A stretch of DNA of 64,000 nt from assembly GCF_006345805.1 (NCBI RefSeq), contig NC_043002.1:46438001-46502000 (forward strand). The letters run 5' to 3'. The translations under genes and the position numbers were made by a program. Source of the DNA: Octopus sinensis. Taxonomy: Eukaryota. Shown one piece after another: positions 22,500-35,935 of the stretch. Numbering within the stretch: position 1 is the first letter of the stretch; every line of letters starts with the position of its first letter. The notes beneath the pieces were generated by a model, which worked only from the letters and a program-made list of their open reading frames with translations, was not told the DNA's origin and did no database searches.

Positions 22500-25400
22500 C
22501 AGTATCTCACAGAAGCATGTACACCCCTACAAAATTTCAGTAAAATTGCCATTACTCTGTTTATACTGGATAAAATATATATGCAAACATTGTACAAATT
22601 TGGAACACAAAACAATAAACATTTTCAAAGATATGAACAAAATATTAATTTTCAAACGATACGAAAATATGTACACCTTAAAGGATTATTTGGTGTGATC
22701 ACTCTTGCTTTCACTGACTGCATAGAGTTGACTAAATTTCCACATATAACCGATGAAATCAACCTCTGTTCATCCTGAATTATGTTTTTCAGCTGTGTTA
22801 CATTGCGATGTTTTTTCTCCTCAACCTTCCTTTTCAAAACACCTCACACATGTTCTGATGGGTTTAAATCAGGTGACATGGTAGGCCAAGGCAATACCAT
22901 TACCTTTTTATCAGATAAAAACATAGTCATCATCTTTGAAGTGTATTTAGGGTTATTGTCATGTTGAAACCTTGAATGTTTTCTTAGTTCTTTGATGCTT
23001 TTCAACATTGTTTTCTGCAGTATGTCACAATAAAGCCCTGAATCCATTGTTCTCTCAATAAATGTGAGCATCCCACACTAGCTGCACTCATTCATCCCCA
23101 AAGCATAACACTTCTGTCAGCGTGTTCCATGGTAGGCATGGTGCATTTGTTATCTTCACCTGGTTATCGCCATACTTGTTTAATACCATCTGACCCAAAC
23201 AAATTGATTTTAGTCTCAGAATAAAGAATTTTATTCCAAAACTCCTTCCCCTTTCTCACATAGGTTTCAGCAAAAGAAAGACGATTTATGCCTGGTAATG
23301 AGGAGAGGCTTCCTATGAGAAATGTGACCATGAAGACCACATTGGTTCAAACTTAGCAAATTGTTTGGATGGATACACTCTTTCCACTAACAGAAGACAC
23401 TTCTTGGGCCAAAGATGAAGCAGTACAACACCTGTTGTCCATCATGCAGTGTTGGATGTGGCAAATATCATGCACAGTTAAAATAGAAGGACGACTTTAC
23501 CTGGTGGTCAATGTGGAAACTAGGGATAGATGAGTGTTTGGTGAGAGCTGTACAAGCCATGTACTGGGATGCTGTCAGTAAGGTGAGGGTTGGCAACGAG
23601 TGTAGTGAAGGATTCTGGGTAGAAGTAGGGGTTCACCAAAGTTCAGTCCTCAGCCCCCTCATGCCCCTGGGAGCTCCTCTATGCTGATGACCTTGATCTA
23701 ATAGCTGAGTCACTACCAGAACTCCAGAGGAGGTTTCAGGTGTGGAAGCAAGGTCTAGAATTGAAGGGCCTTAGAGTCAATCTAGCAAAAACTAGAGTCA
23801 TAGTAAGTAGGAAGGCAGACAAATTACAAATCTCTTCAGGTAGATGACCCTGCTCAATCTGTAGAAAAGGAGTAGGTAGAAACTCCATAAGATGTAAGCT
23901 AGGGACACATAAGAGGTGCAGCAATATCAAAGGAAAGTTAACTGGGAAGATAGTTTTTGTGTGTGGCAGATGCACAGGGGCAATAAACACTGAAGATGTC
24001 CAGAAAATAGATCCCATCACATGCCAGGAGGAAAAACTAGAAGTAGTTGATAGCTTCCGTTATCTAGGTGATCAAGTCTGTAGCAGGGGTGGATGCTCTG
24101 AAAGTGTAGCTGCTAGAATAAGTATAGTCTGGGCAAAGTTCAGAGAGCTCTTACTTCTACTGGTAACGAAGGGCTTCTTGCTCAGAGTGAAAGGTAGACT
24201 GTATGATGCATGTGTGCAAGCAGCGATGCTACATGGCAGTGAAATATGGGCTGTGACTGCTGAGGACATGCATAGGCTTGAAAGAAATGAAGCTAGTATG
24301 CTCTGCTGGATGTATAATGTCAGTGTGTATACACGACAGTGTAAGCACCCTGAAAAGTTGGACATAAGAAGCATCAGATGTGGGGTGCAAGAGAGACGAC
24401 TGTGCTGGTATGGTCATGTATTGCGTACGGATGAAGATAGCTGTGTGAAGAATTGTCACACCCTAACAGTGGAGGGAACCCATGGGATGAGGTGGTGAAG
24501 TGCCTCACAGAGGCAATGACAAGTGGCCTGGCAAACCAAGTAAGATAGCTGTGGCCAATGCCAGTGTCGCATAAGTGACCCATTTAAAAGAACATTTCAA
24601 TTGCTGGGCAATATGCTGTGTTTGAGAAGACCTGTTGAGTCAAGTGAAATTGTAGTTGTAGCTGATACCAGTGCCACCCGATTGGCACGTAAAAAGCACC
24701 ATTCAAGCATGGCTGATGCCAGTGCTGCCTGACTGGCATGTAAAAAAAGTACCATTTGGGTGTGGTCGATGCCAGTGTCACCTGACTGGCTCCTGTGCCA
24801 TTGACACATAAAAAGCACCCACTACACTCTTGGAGTGGTTGGCATTAGGAAGGATATCTAGCTGTAGAAATTTTGCCAGATCAGACTGGAACATGGTGTA
24901 GCCTCCTGGCTTGCCAGTCACCAGTCAAACTGTCCAACTCATGCCAGCATGGAAAGCAGACGTTAAATGACAATAACAACCAGGATGTTGTTTACTGCTT
25001 AGCCATCCAGTAGCTTTGTACTTCTGAATTGCTTTGGCAACTTTGTTTATGCTGATGTGTATTCGTTTGCTAATTAACTTGTATCTTAAATCATTCTTGT
25101 GCAAATTTAAAATAATTTTCTTCAAATCTTCAGACAATTCTTATCCTTTTGGTGCCATTGTAATCACAATGAAGAAGATTTTCACCACGGTACACAAATC
25201 AGAATTCCTGCAGATGCAATAACAATTACCTCTGCAAAAATGCCAAGAGAAATAATTTATCAGAATTGAAATAATCAGCAATATCTGAATTTAGTTAAAA
25301 ACGTGGATAAAATATTGAATATAGCAAAATATAGCAAATTTTCTTTAGGGTGTACATATTTTTGTAACCTTTGAAAATTTATATTTCATTCATGTCTTTG

Positions 25401-25563
25401 TGAAAATGTTTATTGTTTTGTGTTCCAAATTTGTATGTATAATGTTTGCATGTATAATATATTTTATTCAGTATAACTTTCATTTGATTTCTTTCTTTCG
25501 ATTTTATCAGAGTAATGGCAATTTTACTGAAATTTTTTAGGAGTATACTTCTGTGAGATACTC

Positions 25564-25565
<2 letters not shown>
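22500..25565 (-). mobile_element. Tc1-like transposon with long inverted repeats, interrupted by an RTE insertion
   Basis: TIRs cagtatctcacagaag / cttctgtgagatactctg with ~200-bp inner IR. Minus ORFs give the Tc1 HTH (MSEDLKKIILNLHK...YKLISKR) and DDE region (FQHDNNPKYTS...WPTMSPDLNPSEHV). Confidence 0.9.
23496..24980 (+). mobile_element. Older 5'-truncated RTE LINE nested in the Tc1 transposase
   Basis: Degenerate RT C-terminus (DSFRYLG, RLYDACV, RLCWYGHV), 3' UTR modules and shared tail; internal deletion near 23660. Confidence 0.9.
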
Positions 25566-25622
<57 letters not shown>

Positions 25623-27129
25623 TATATTTCACTTTTAACGGTTGAACTTGAAGTAGACAAGCTATAAATAATAGCATGTAAATATTGGGTTATTGTTTAT
25701 AGCTTTTCTACTTAGGGTTCAACTGTTGAAGACAAATTATTTCAAGTTCTCTCCAAGTTTCTAAATTCTTATGGTGTCACATACATATGCACAACAACCA
25801 CATGGTTATAAGTTCAGGTTTGGTCCCACTGCATAACACCTTGGGCAAGTGTTTCCTTTTATAGCCTCCTGTTGAGTAGAATTTGCTTGGCAGAAACTCT
25901 GCAGGTGCCTGTCATGCATAATGTGTGTACATGTGTTTAAGGCTTTCTTCACTTTACAGTTCAATAAAATAACTATTGGATTCAATGCAAGTGACTAAAC
26001 TCTTGAAGGCAGTGCTCTAGCATGGCCATAGTCCACTGAATGAAACCTGTAAAAAATAACAGAATTTTGTAGACCAGTCAGCTGCAGGGAATTATCTTTT
26101 TTAGTTTATTTCATTGTTTGGTTTGATCAGCATGAATGAATTTCTTTTTGTGAAATTTTGTCTGATATTAGTTTAACTGGAAGCTGGCTATCTTAAAGAA
26201 TTTATTTCTAAGTAGATATATATTAATTTTATTTATTGTCAAAAATTAGTTGTAGCGTAAGTATTTAGTGCTGGATTAATTTACGAGAAGATTAATAAGG
26301 ATTAAGCTTTTAAGCCCATAGTATGTTCTGGGTCAGTTGGTTCTTATATTGAAGTTACACAGGGTTTGTTGTGTACGCTCAAGAATGGGGTCATGATTAG
26401 TGTAGAGTTTTAATTGGATACTTATATCAAGTTGTAAAACAAATGATCAACCATGTCTTGATGTCGATGTCTATACACTGTAGGTGTGTTCTGCTGTTGT
26501 TTTTTTAGGAATCCTATTTCTATATATAAACAAATTTTTGGCTTTTTTTAATAAGTTGCTTGTGACCTTTACTGGCTCAGATATATGATGTGCTTATGCA
26601 CAGTTTCCATGTACATAAAGGAGTGTACTGTGGAGACCTTAGAGTACTCCAGGGTTAGTGAATAAGAGAGAAACACTATTAATGCACCTCAATGGAGTTT
26701 TTTGAAAGGAATCTTATTTCAAGTGATAGGAAAGGGGTTATTGTATCTCACAGTTGAAAGGTTTGCTTATATGCAACAGCATTACTTAGACTGAAATTCT
26801 TAAGGGTGATGACTATTGGTAAATGTTATAAGCTACAAATCATCAGTAGATCTGACTCTAGAAGCCAAATTGGTGGTTAGTGAGAAGGTAAAGAAGGAAG
26901 TGACTAAGTGTTTTCACCACTTTTGACATCATTCAAGATATCTGCAATGGGTTGAATAAATCTTGAATTTTGATGACTCAATAATTATATCTATATCTCC
27001 TAAATATAATTGATTTAACACTGGTCATTTTATGAAATATTAATTTCAATGCTTTAAATTAAATGTATAAATTTATTTTTTTCCTTTCAATTATATGATT
27101 TTTAGACATAAACTTAATATTGGTTTCAA

Positions 27130-27335
27130 ATTTTGACACAAGGCCAGCAATTTTAGGGAACAGAGTAAGTCGATTACATTAACCCCAGTGTTCAACTTGT
27201 ATTTATTCATTGACCCTGGAAAGATGAAAGACAATGTCAATCCTGATGGCATTTGAACTCAGAATATAAATTCAGAAGAAATGCTACTAAGCATTTTGCC
27301 TGGCATTCTAACAACTCTGTCAGTTCAATACCTTA
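27130..27335 (-). mobile_element. SINE family B copy (CpG-decayed)
   Basis: Reverse complement of the 53430-53635 type; another decayed copy at ~28830-29005 (+). Confidence 0.65.
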
Positions 27336-29737
27336 CAAAGATTTGATATTGGCAACAAAATTTATATATTTTCACATGAGCTAATATTGCTTGGTACTAA
27401 CTCTTAAATTGCCAGATTCTGGGCTTGGTCTGGTTTATGGGCTGTGCATGAAATGCTGTTAACAGCTCTGAATAATTGATCTTCTATCAATTAATACATT
27501 TACTCATTATAGTGTTGTACTGCTTCATTATATAAGAGTAAATTAAAAGACCTGTAACACTAAATAGTAACTTTAAGAATAAAAAGTTTTGAATGGTACA
27601 ACAATGCACTATAATACAGACAATATGCTATATACCTGTTGTAATTTAGTCATCCATAGTAACTTTAAGATTTACAAAGATAGAAAAAAGAAAAAAAACT
27701 GTTTGGATATAACATGTTTCCATCAGTTGGTTGCATATATTTCTTTCTTCAAGCTGTATGATCCAACTTGGCAAATTATGAGACTTATTTGACTTTATTT
27801 GGATGATTATGTGCAGACATTTAAACTAATAGGACCACAGAAACATTATTTCTGGTGAGATGACTGGATAACTGTTGAGGATAGTTCAGGCCATATATAA
27901 GAGCTTATGACAAAATTGAAGGAACTGATATTAGAGCCTGAAGATATTGCTAAATCTAAAGCACAATGGGAAAAATAGTTATGCTTAGTTTTCAGGAAGT
28001 GATTAAGCAGAGCACTAAAAATAAATATCAGTTACTACATGACCAATCAGATATTGGAGGCAAAAGAGTGTGTTGTATGTTACTTAGGTATCTATGTTAA
28101 TTTTGAAAAGGGGACCATAACATAATGTCCAGAATATATGGTGTAAGAATTTTTGGAATGTTTTGCAATGGAGTGTTTCTGTTTAAACAAAGAACAGATG
28201 AAACAATTAATGTGTTAAGAGTGATGATGGCTACAATTAAGATGTAATTGATGGAGAAATCATAGAGGAAGAAGTTTTGTGATGATGTGTAATGATAACT
28301 TGAAAACATCTTGAGAAACAGTCTTGGTATTAAAGCTATAATCAACAGATAAGTGTTGATATGAACATATAATGCAAATAGAGGGTGCAAGTTGAATGAA
28401 AAATTGATTTGAATAGTATGAGATACATATCTTAAAAGTCAATGATGACTTTGGTTGAAGATTCAATTTTAGACAGGGTTGCTTTTGTCCAGCTTCAAAT
28501 CAGCTCTGATTTAAGGCATTCAAGCCATGACTACATTAGCCAATTTGTTTTTATTTTTTAAGATGGTGAAATGTTATTTCAGGGAAATTTGGTTGTTTTT
28601 TTTCCCAGCAGGTTGAACAGTATTTCCAGAGACTTCTAATGTTGGCTTGTTATGATAGAGGTTCATAGAAAAGTTGCTTTATTGAAAATCTGAACTAAAA
28701 TATAAGATAGAGGATTATGGATATTTATACAAAAATATATTATTTTTAATTGCAAAATTGTTCTTATTTTTAGTTAGTTGTTTCTGTGAATGAATATACA
28801 ATAGTTCTTGTAATATTGTGGGTATCTTTAAAGCAGCAAGCTGGCAGGATTGGTACCATGCCTGGCAAAATGCTTAGCAGCATTTCATCTGAGTTCAAAT
28901 TCTGTCTAGATCAACTTCCAGGGTCATTAGAATAAGTACCATTTGAGCACTGGGGTCGATGTAACCCCACAAAAATTGCTGGCCTTGTGCCAAAATTTGA
29001 AACTATTTTAAGCATCTTGATCATAATTGTTCTTGTTTGCAATGGGCTCTTAATTCCTACATTGATTAGATGAATTATAAGATCAAGCATATGTTAAAAC
29101 ATCAAAAGTAGGTTCCTTGTTATGTCAATTGTTGGAGCTGATTGTGACCACTCAATAAATATTAAGATGGTTGCTTTTGTTATTACTGCAACCTAACAAT
29201 ACAAGTGGTCCCAGTGCAAGATCTTCCATTATCTTTAAACAGTATGCTGCAGAGCTTGCTGCTATTTTCATCAGTATTTCTTTATCTGTAGAGATCTGAT
29301 ACAAATAATCACCATCCTATTGCCTACATTGTCATCATTTAATGTCCGTTTTCAATGCTGGCATGGGTTGAACAGGCAACACTTCCAACATTTCTCAAAT
29401 GTGATAGAAATATTTGTAAACAACCACCTGCTTTATTATCTTGTTTTGTGGTCTCTTACTGTTAAGAACTTTAACAAAGACTTCTTAATTTAGTCATCAC
29501 TTATGGATCTCATCCATCTCATCTCTTGGAATTTTCCTACACTTCTGGGGCATACCTTAACTTGTATTTAATTAATTCTGGTATAACCCAACTACTGTTT
29601 ATACTTTCTGCTCTTTATGTAATGACATCTTATAAAGGGACTAATCACTGTCATGATAAGAGTTTGCTGACTCAAAGAGGTTATCCTTTTTGGATATACA
29701 CTGCTGAAGAGAAAGAAGGATATTGGGATCTTTTCAG

Positions 29738-30124
29738 TTTGAACCGCAGTTTTTTCTAGTGGTGTCATATGAAACTGTCACCCATAATTATGACCCTAGT
29801 ATCGATCTATTGCATTTCAATCTATTTTAGGGTTAGGGGTGGGGGGAAGAGTATCTTTTTTTCTTTACAAATGTAAATAAACCTAATCTGTTTCTGAAAC
29901 GAGGGGCATATTCATATGGCACATAATGTTGTTTACCTCAATGGACGTCAGTGATTGGTTGAAATTGCAGAAATTGAAGAAAAAAAACAACAAATATCTT
30001 ACAAACTATAGAATTTTCTCAATAAAGCCAAGAGAAAAAGATGTTTTATAAACACATTCTACCAGTATACGAAGTTTAAAATTTTTTAGTTACCTAGAAA
30101 TTATGTTAAAAACTGCCGTTTAAA
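29738..30124. mobile_element. Non-autonomous DNA element with 17-bp TIRs
   Basis: tttgaaccgcagttttt (29738-29754) vs aaaaactgccgtttaaa (30108-30124), 15/17 match; internal ttagggttaggg motif; no ORF. Confidence 0.65.
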
Positions 30125-30189
30125 CCGAAAAGATCTGGATATTGAAATGTTTATTAGTATGGTCATTCACACTGACTTAAGTACTTATT

Positions 30190-30700
30190 TCAAAATGAGG
30201 AGTATTGGAAGGAAAATGCCCATCAACTAGGGTGTCTTTGTCTAGATGACTACAAAAAGAGTTGTGCCATGATGTGTGATAACAAATAGGAGGGAGGATA
30301 CTGCAAACCTGGATGAGATACTTTTGACAACAGGCTAGAGTGCATTGAAGATGGAGCTTGTTTGATATGTCACAGAAAGGGATGTCTGATCGAAAGCACA
30401 CTCTTGAAAGAGTTGTGATTTGTATATGAATGTTTCTCTGTTGGATGTAATGAGTTTTATATACAGTGAATTTGACCAGTTCAGCAATGACACAATATTT
30501 GGTGAATTATTTGATGAATGTTATAGGATTACATTGTGTGTAACACACAGAGGAACACATTGTTACTAATTTAGCTCTTAAATGAGTTGCTGTGGAAGTT
30601 AAGGCCATTCATGGGCAACTTATGGCCTGTCTGATGATGAGTCATGTCTCAAGTGGCCCACTTCTCAGAAAAAGGATGTCCATGCCAGTTTTAGGCGAAG
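30190..30700 (+). pseudogene. Decayed Penelope-like element 3' end (GIY-YIG-like endonuclease remnant and hammerhead vestige)
   Basis: Translation through stops: Cys-rich GGYCKPG...CLIC, then FVYECFSVGCNEFYI and, frameshifted, IFGEL; followed by ctgatga...gtcatg...catgcc...aggc. Confidence 0.45.
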
Positions 30701-32498
30701 CTGAAAACATGTTCAGCTATTTTGACAGCAAAAAACAATATTACTACTCACATTTTATAGATGAGTGATTTGTGTAATGTAGACCTTTGAAGTATAAGAA
30801 TATTTGCACCAAAAAACTTATACACACATACACATAAATTTATCAACATTTTCAGAACTATCCAGTGTCTCAGTATGGAATGAGAGATGAAATAATGTTC
30901 TGTATTTCAGTGTTGATCCTGAGGATGTGAAATTGTATGTATAATGGTTCCTTTCAGTCAACAGGCAAACCATTGGAAATATAAATTCTACCAATAAATG
31001 AAATTGATTCTTCAGTTACTTCTTTGATAATTCACAACTGTAAATTATTCAGGATTCCTCTCTACCAATGTATTATTTCTTAAAATACACAAGGATTCAA
31101 ACCTTGATTGATGTAGGTTGTGACAAGCTGGAAATATTACTCTTGGATTTTGTTTCTGATATTTTTCCAGAAGAAAACAAAATGGTCTGCATCATTGTAG
31201 AAGAGTGATTTTCTTTTTACTTTTTTTGTTTTGTTTTTGTCAATGTCCCTCACCTATGTTGTAGCAGATATATATATATGTACCATAGTTTAAGAGTTAT
31301 CATTAACCCAAATTAGGAATGAGCCATAATGTGTGTCATTGGTTCATGACATTACTAAATTTAGTCTATACTGATTATCATATTTTAGTATCATGTGAGC
31401 CTAGTTCTTATGATCATTAAATTTTATTTTTACTATTACTCATGCACACATGTGTAAGCCCTTCATATATTGAGCTCTCTATATCAATATTATATATATA
31501 TATATATATATATTTACAAATATGGATTATTTATATGTGTGAATACATAATTACTTTTTTTATACCAGAATATGAAGATTATTAGGGATTAGTAATATCC
31601 ACTCAAACATCAATTTCTAAATAGTGGTTAAATATATCTTACAAGTAATTGTAAATACAATATAAGGTTGTATATAAAGAAAACTACTTCCAAACAGTCT
31701 TTTATAAAGCAAAAGTAAAACGTTTTAAGCAAATACAAACTCTTTTAAATGACAAAATAATAAAAATAATGCCTTCTAAACTGTTGGTATTACAAAAATC
31801 TATCAATTTTTGGTGATTTTTTTTCCTAATCATTAAAAAAATACATTTGAGTACAGTCCAAATAATCAGGATCGCCTGCTCTACTAATTATTTCTGTAAC
31901 CACTATAACTCATTAAGCTATTGTGGTAGTAATAACCCAATGAGTTGTTATTACATTGTGTGTGAGCTGGTAATCCTGAGGCTGTGCCAAACACTGCTTT
32001 GGCATGGTTTTTGTAACTGGATGCCCTTCGAAACACCAACTACTTTATAAAGTGGACTGGATGCTTTACAAGGTACCACCACTGGTGATGTCACCGCGTA
32101 ACTTGCAAGGCAGTTCCCTCAACTGGAAGGGGTATTGAAGGAGGTGGCTTTGTGCCAGTTAGTGAACGATTAAACTATGATAGAGGGACAGAAACTGGTG
32201 TCTTGCTGTAGAGGAGACACATAGTTACCCCAATGTGTCAGGGCATAATCTCAAGGTACAAGGATGTGAATATAAATGGAATGGTAAGAGGATTGCTTAA
32301 AGTGTATCAGTAGGGAGTTCATGAAGGTGCAAAAGTGGGGCTATAGGGAGAGTGGGTGATGAAACAACATGGGTATATAAAGGAGCAACAGGATAGCAAT
32401 GTTAGTTTTATGTATGTATTTATATGTGTGTGTCTGTGTATATATATTTCAGCTTGGTTATAATTATTATTAGTGAGTGTTATAACTGCATCACACAT

Positions 32499-33480
32499 AT
32501 ACAGTGACCCACAAAAGTTTATAATACACAGTCAGAAATCCAAGTTTATATATATTGAGTTAATGCAGGTTAATGAAATTTCCACCATTTATTAGGTTTT
32601 TTGTAATAAATTCAATACAACAATCAGAATTACATAACAAATGGAAAACATTTTATATGGACAAAAGTTGAAATTCAAAGTGCAAAAACTTTACTACACA
32701 TTTAACTCAATTGAATAATTTTCTAGATATTTTGAATAAAAATAAATTGTTTTTTTTTCCAGAATATCTACAGATATCTACTTCCTGAAAAGATTCAGGA
32801 AGTTTCATATGTGAGCATTTACAGTTATTGCATCAGTTCTGACAATATCAGTGAGTGAACATCATCATCATGGGCTAAAAATAAACAAATTAGTCAAGAC
32901 CTTTTGTGAGCATGTTGTTGACCTTCATAAGAGTAGCAATGGGTACAGAAAGATCTCTGCACAGCTTAATGTACCTTTGAGTTCAGTTCGTATGATATGT
33001 AACTGGAAATCTTGCAATTCCATTTTCCCTCTAGTCTGCTTGGGTCACCCACATAAGTTAGCAGAGTGTACAGCAAGAAAACTTGCAAGAACAGCTCGTA
33101 ATAGGCTACAAACTATGCTCAAGAAGCTGCTGGAAGCATGTGAAGTACATGTGAACAAGGATAAAATTAGTAGATTACTTCACTGTTATGATCTCTTTTC
33201 TCGTCTAAAAAAGATCCCCATTGCTTAAGAAATGTCATTTTAAAGCTTGTTTGGCCTTTTCAAAAAACATCTAAATGAACCAGCAACATATTGGGAAATC
33301 GTAGTTTGGTCTGGCAAAACTGAGATTGAGCTTTTCAGCAGAAATTCAATCAACAAAGTTTGGAGAAAGAATGGCATAGAGGTATGTGCCAAAGAATACT
33401 ATCCCTACACTCAAAGATGGAGGCGGATCAGTATGATGTGGGTTTGTTTTTGTTCATCAGGTGTTGGAAGAATATATTTG
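32499..33480 (+). mobile_element. Tc1-like transposon 5' half
   Basis: End tacagtgacccacaaaagttt; ORFs VVDLHKSSNGYRKISAQLNVPLSSV (HTH) and WEIVVWSGKTEIELF...MMWVCFCSSGVG (DDE start). Confidence 0.8.
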
Positions 33481-33554
33481 TGTATGTGTATATAACTGCA
33501 TCATATATGTGTGTGATAAGCTTCCTGAAGTTAGTATTTGAAATACCTTGTTGA

Positions 33555-34040
33555 TTTGCAAAACTAACTTTAGGAAACGTACCAGCCACCTATTCACCTA
33601 TCAATCTGGTGGGCACACAAACAAGATTGACTCCATTGTTACTCGGAAATGGGATAGGTTGTTGCTTGTGAATGCAAAATCCTTCCCAAGCAAAGAATGT
33701 AGTAGTTTAGCAGTTAGTAGCTTCAGACTTAGAGCTAGAAGATCTAAGAGAGACAAGCTGATATGGAAGCTTAAGGATCCTTTAAACTGTCAGAGATTAC
33801 ATACTTTGTAAATGAAGCATTTGGTGAGAAGGAAGAAAAGATAAATATTTATGGTATAGAGGACAACTGGAAGTTCTTTTTGAACAACTTACTGAAGGCT
33901 ACAGACCAAGAGTGGTGGGAAGTACACAGAGCCATAAAAGCAAAGAGGCAGACTTGGAAGGGTTGGAAGAATGGGGCAACTGAGGACAACTATATCAGAT
34001 AGCTTGACAAGAAACTAGGAGACTGGTCTATTTGGCAAAG
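33555..34040 (+). pseudogene. RTE LINE fragment (end of AP endonuclease and linker)
   Basis: FTYQSGGHTNKIDSIVTRK...NAKSFPSKEC...IWKLKD. Confidence 0.65.
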
Positions 34041-34044
34041 GGAG

Positions 34045-34500
34045 AAGTGTCCACCTCAATCCTCATCTCTCTATCTCTGAACACCTGTCATATTGTTTTT
34101 ACACTCTCATAAACTTATCTATCCTTTCTTTTCCTCTATTCTCTCTCTTATCTACCTTGTACCTTGAGGATATGCCCTCACCATTTCTCTCTTCCCAGTT
34201 GGAGAAGCATCCCCTTCAGCAAACCCCTGTTCTTGTCCCTCTATCACACTTTCACCTCCTTCAATACAATACCCAACTCAGTTGAGAGGTCTTGCCTTGC
34301 AAGTACTTGATATGAAAAAAAAAGAAGTACTTGTTACACTCAGTAAAAGTGGTTGGCATTAGGAAGGGCATCTAGCTGTAGAAACCATGTCAAAGCAGGT
34401 GTTGGAGCTTGGCACAAGCTTCTAGTTTGTCAGTTCCTGTCAAACTGTTCAACCTATGCCAGCATGGAAAAAAGAAATGTTACCGATCATGATGATGATA
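34045..34500 (+). mobile_element. Short element ending in the RTE 3' tail (RTE-dependent SINE-like)
   Basis: Pyrimidine-rich head, module cagcaa...caactcagttgagaggtcttgccttgcaagt (also ~32110-32230 minus and ~59890-60000), then the shared tail and (GAT)n. Confidence 0.55.
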
Positions 34501-35529
34501 TTTCCTTCATTTCTCAGCTAAGATATGTTGGATTTATTATATAATTGGCTTTAAGTGGTAGGAGTTCTATTAGATTTTCAACATTAATATCTTAAGATCA
34601 GTGGTTACTTAGGTATGCTATATAATTTTACTTCCTTTTGTAATTTCATTGTACATAAATCACCCTCTTTCTATTGCATATTTTTTTAACCTTTGACATC
34701 ATTAAGACTGGAAGCCATTCATATCAAATTTTCTTTGATCCTTCTCAACTTTATTCTAGTTTTTCATTGATATTTAGATATCTCAAGTCTTCTGCCTGGC
34801 CAGCTCCTGTCAAACCATCAAACCCATGCTAGCATGAAAGACAAACATTAAACAATGATGATATATATATATATGTTTACTTAGTTTTTCTTATATATAG
34901 ATATATAGATATGTATACACATATCTACCTACCTAGTGTTTCTTTATATAAGTGTGTGTGTGTTTCTTTAGTTGTCTCATAAGAAAGATAACATCTATTT
35001 GAAAAATGGACAATCTTTTGGGTTTCCTATTCTCTTGTAATGTATGAAGTCAGACTGCTGTAATCTTCTCCATCTGATAATGTACTTTTACATCAAATAC
35101 ACCAAAGTGACTATATAATACTGGAAATCACCTGCCAGTTGAGAGTTTCAATGTAGATCCATCTAACCATTGGCACTGTTGTTTAAAGCTAGACAGTTTA
35201 AGTCTTTGACATTTAGTTTTTACTATCATAGAATAAAAGAACTATAGATATAAACATAACTTTGGTTCATCAGGATTGGAAGTATTATGTTTGGTAAATA
35301 ACAGTTGGTTTTTTAAATGGAAATATTAAAGTCTTGCTTAGTAACACAAATACTTGTTTTACTATGTTGTGTTATCTCATTTGAAAGATTAAACATTTTT
35401 TATTCAGTAATGTTCTTGTCTTTTTTTTCCAGCGTTTAACTCTGCATGTTGAAAATCCTCAAACTTACTGACAATATAAAACAAGTTTATTGCATCATTT
35501 TACCGCATAGTTTCAACTGAGCCACAATT

Positions 35530-35800
35530 CCTTACAAACTTTGTAGGAAATGGACCAAATATGATGTGAAGAGACTATTTCTGAGAATACAGGATGCATT
35601 GGTTTCAAGAATTCTCAATGAAAATTTGCATTTCATAGATAAACAGAAGAGAGATTAGCATCCGCTATAGCAAGTGACAAACTGAAGATATTAGTTGAAG
35701 AGAAGCCAGACTTAATTTTCTAAGAAACAACTTTCAGGAGTGGTATTTTGCCAGTTCACATCACCTGTAATAAAGTGGAAAAGAGAAGCCTGTCCAATAA
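35530..35800 (+). pseudogene. Highly decayed mariner-like transposase fragment
   Basis: ALVSRILNENLHF resembles the mariner HTH/linker; frameshifts and stops. Confidence 0.3.
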
Positions 35801-35935
35801 ATTGTATATGGACTTCAACACAAACTTCACATTTAAAACTGTCACTGTACATACCCGCTTGATATATCACCTATCATATTCCTTAGCATTGACAGTAACT
35901 GAACAGATATACTGATAAATTTCAATGTATCCAGA

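Noticed and set aside
27751-27855. Segment with good acceptor (ttctttcttcaag) and donor (gtgaga)
   Set aside because: Stop codons in all three frames; adjacent sequence looks like decayed transposon.
35433-35471. Strong acceptor followed by RLTLHVENPQTY* as a terminal exon
   Set aside because: Downstream sequence reads as a decayed mariner fragment and no upstream exon joins convincingly; not excluded, but unsupported.
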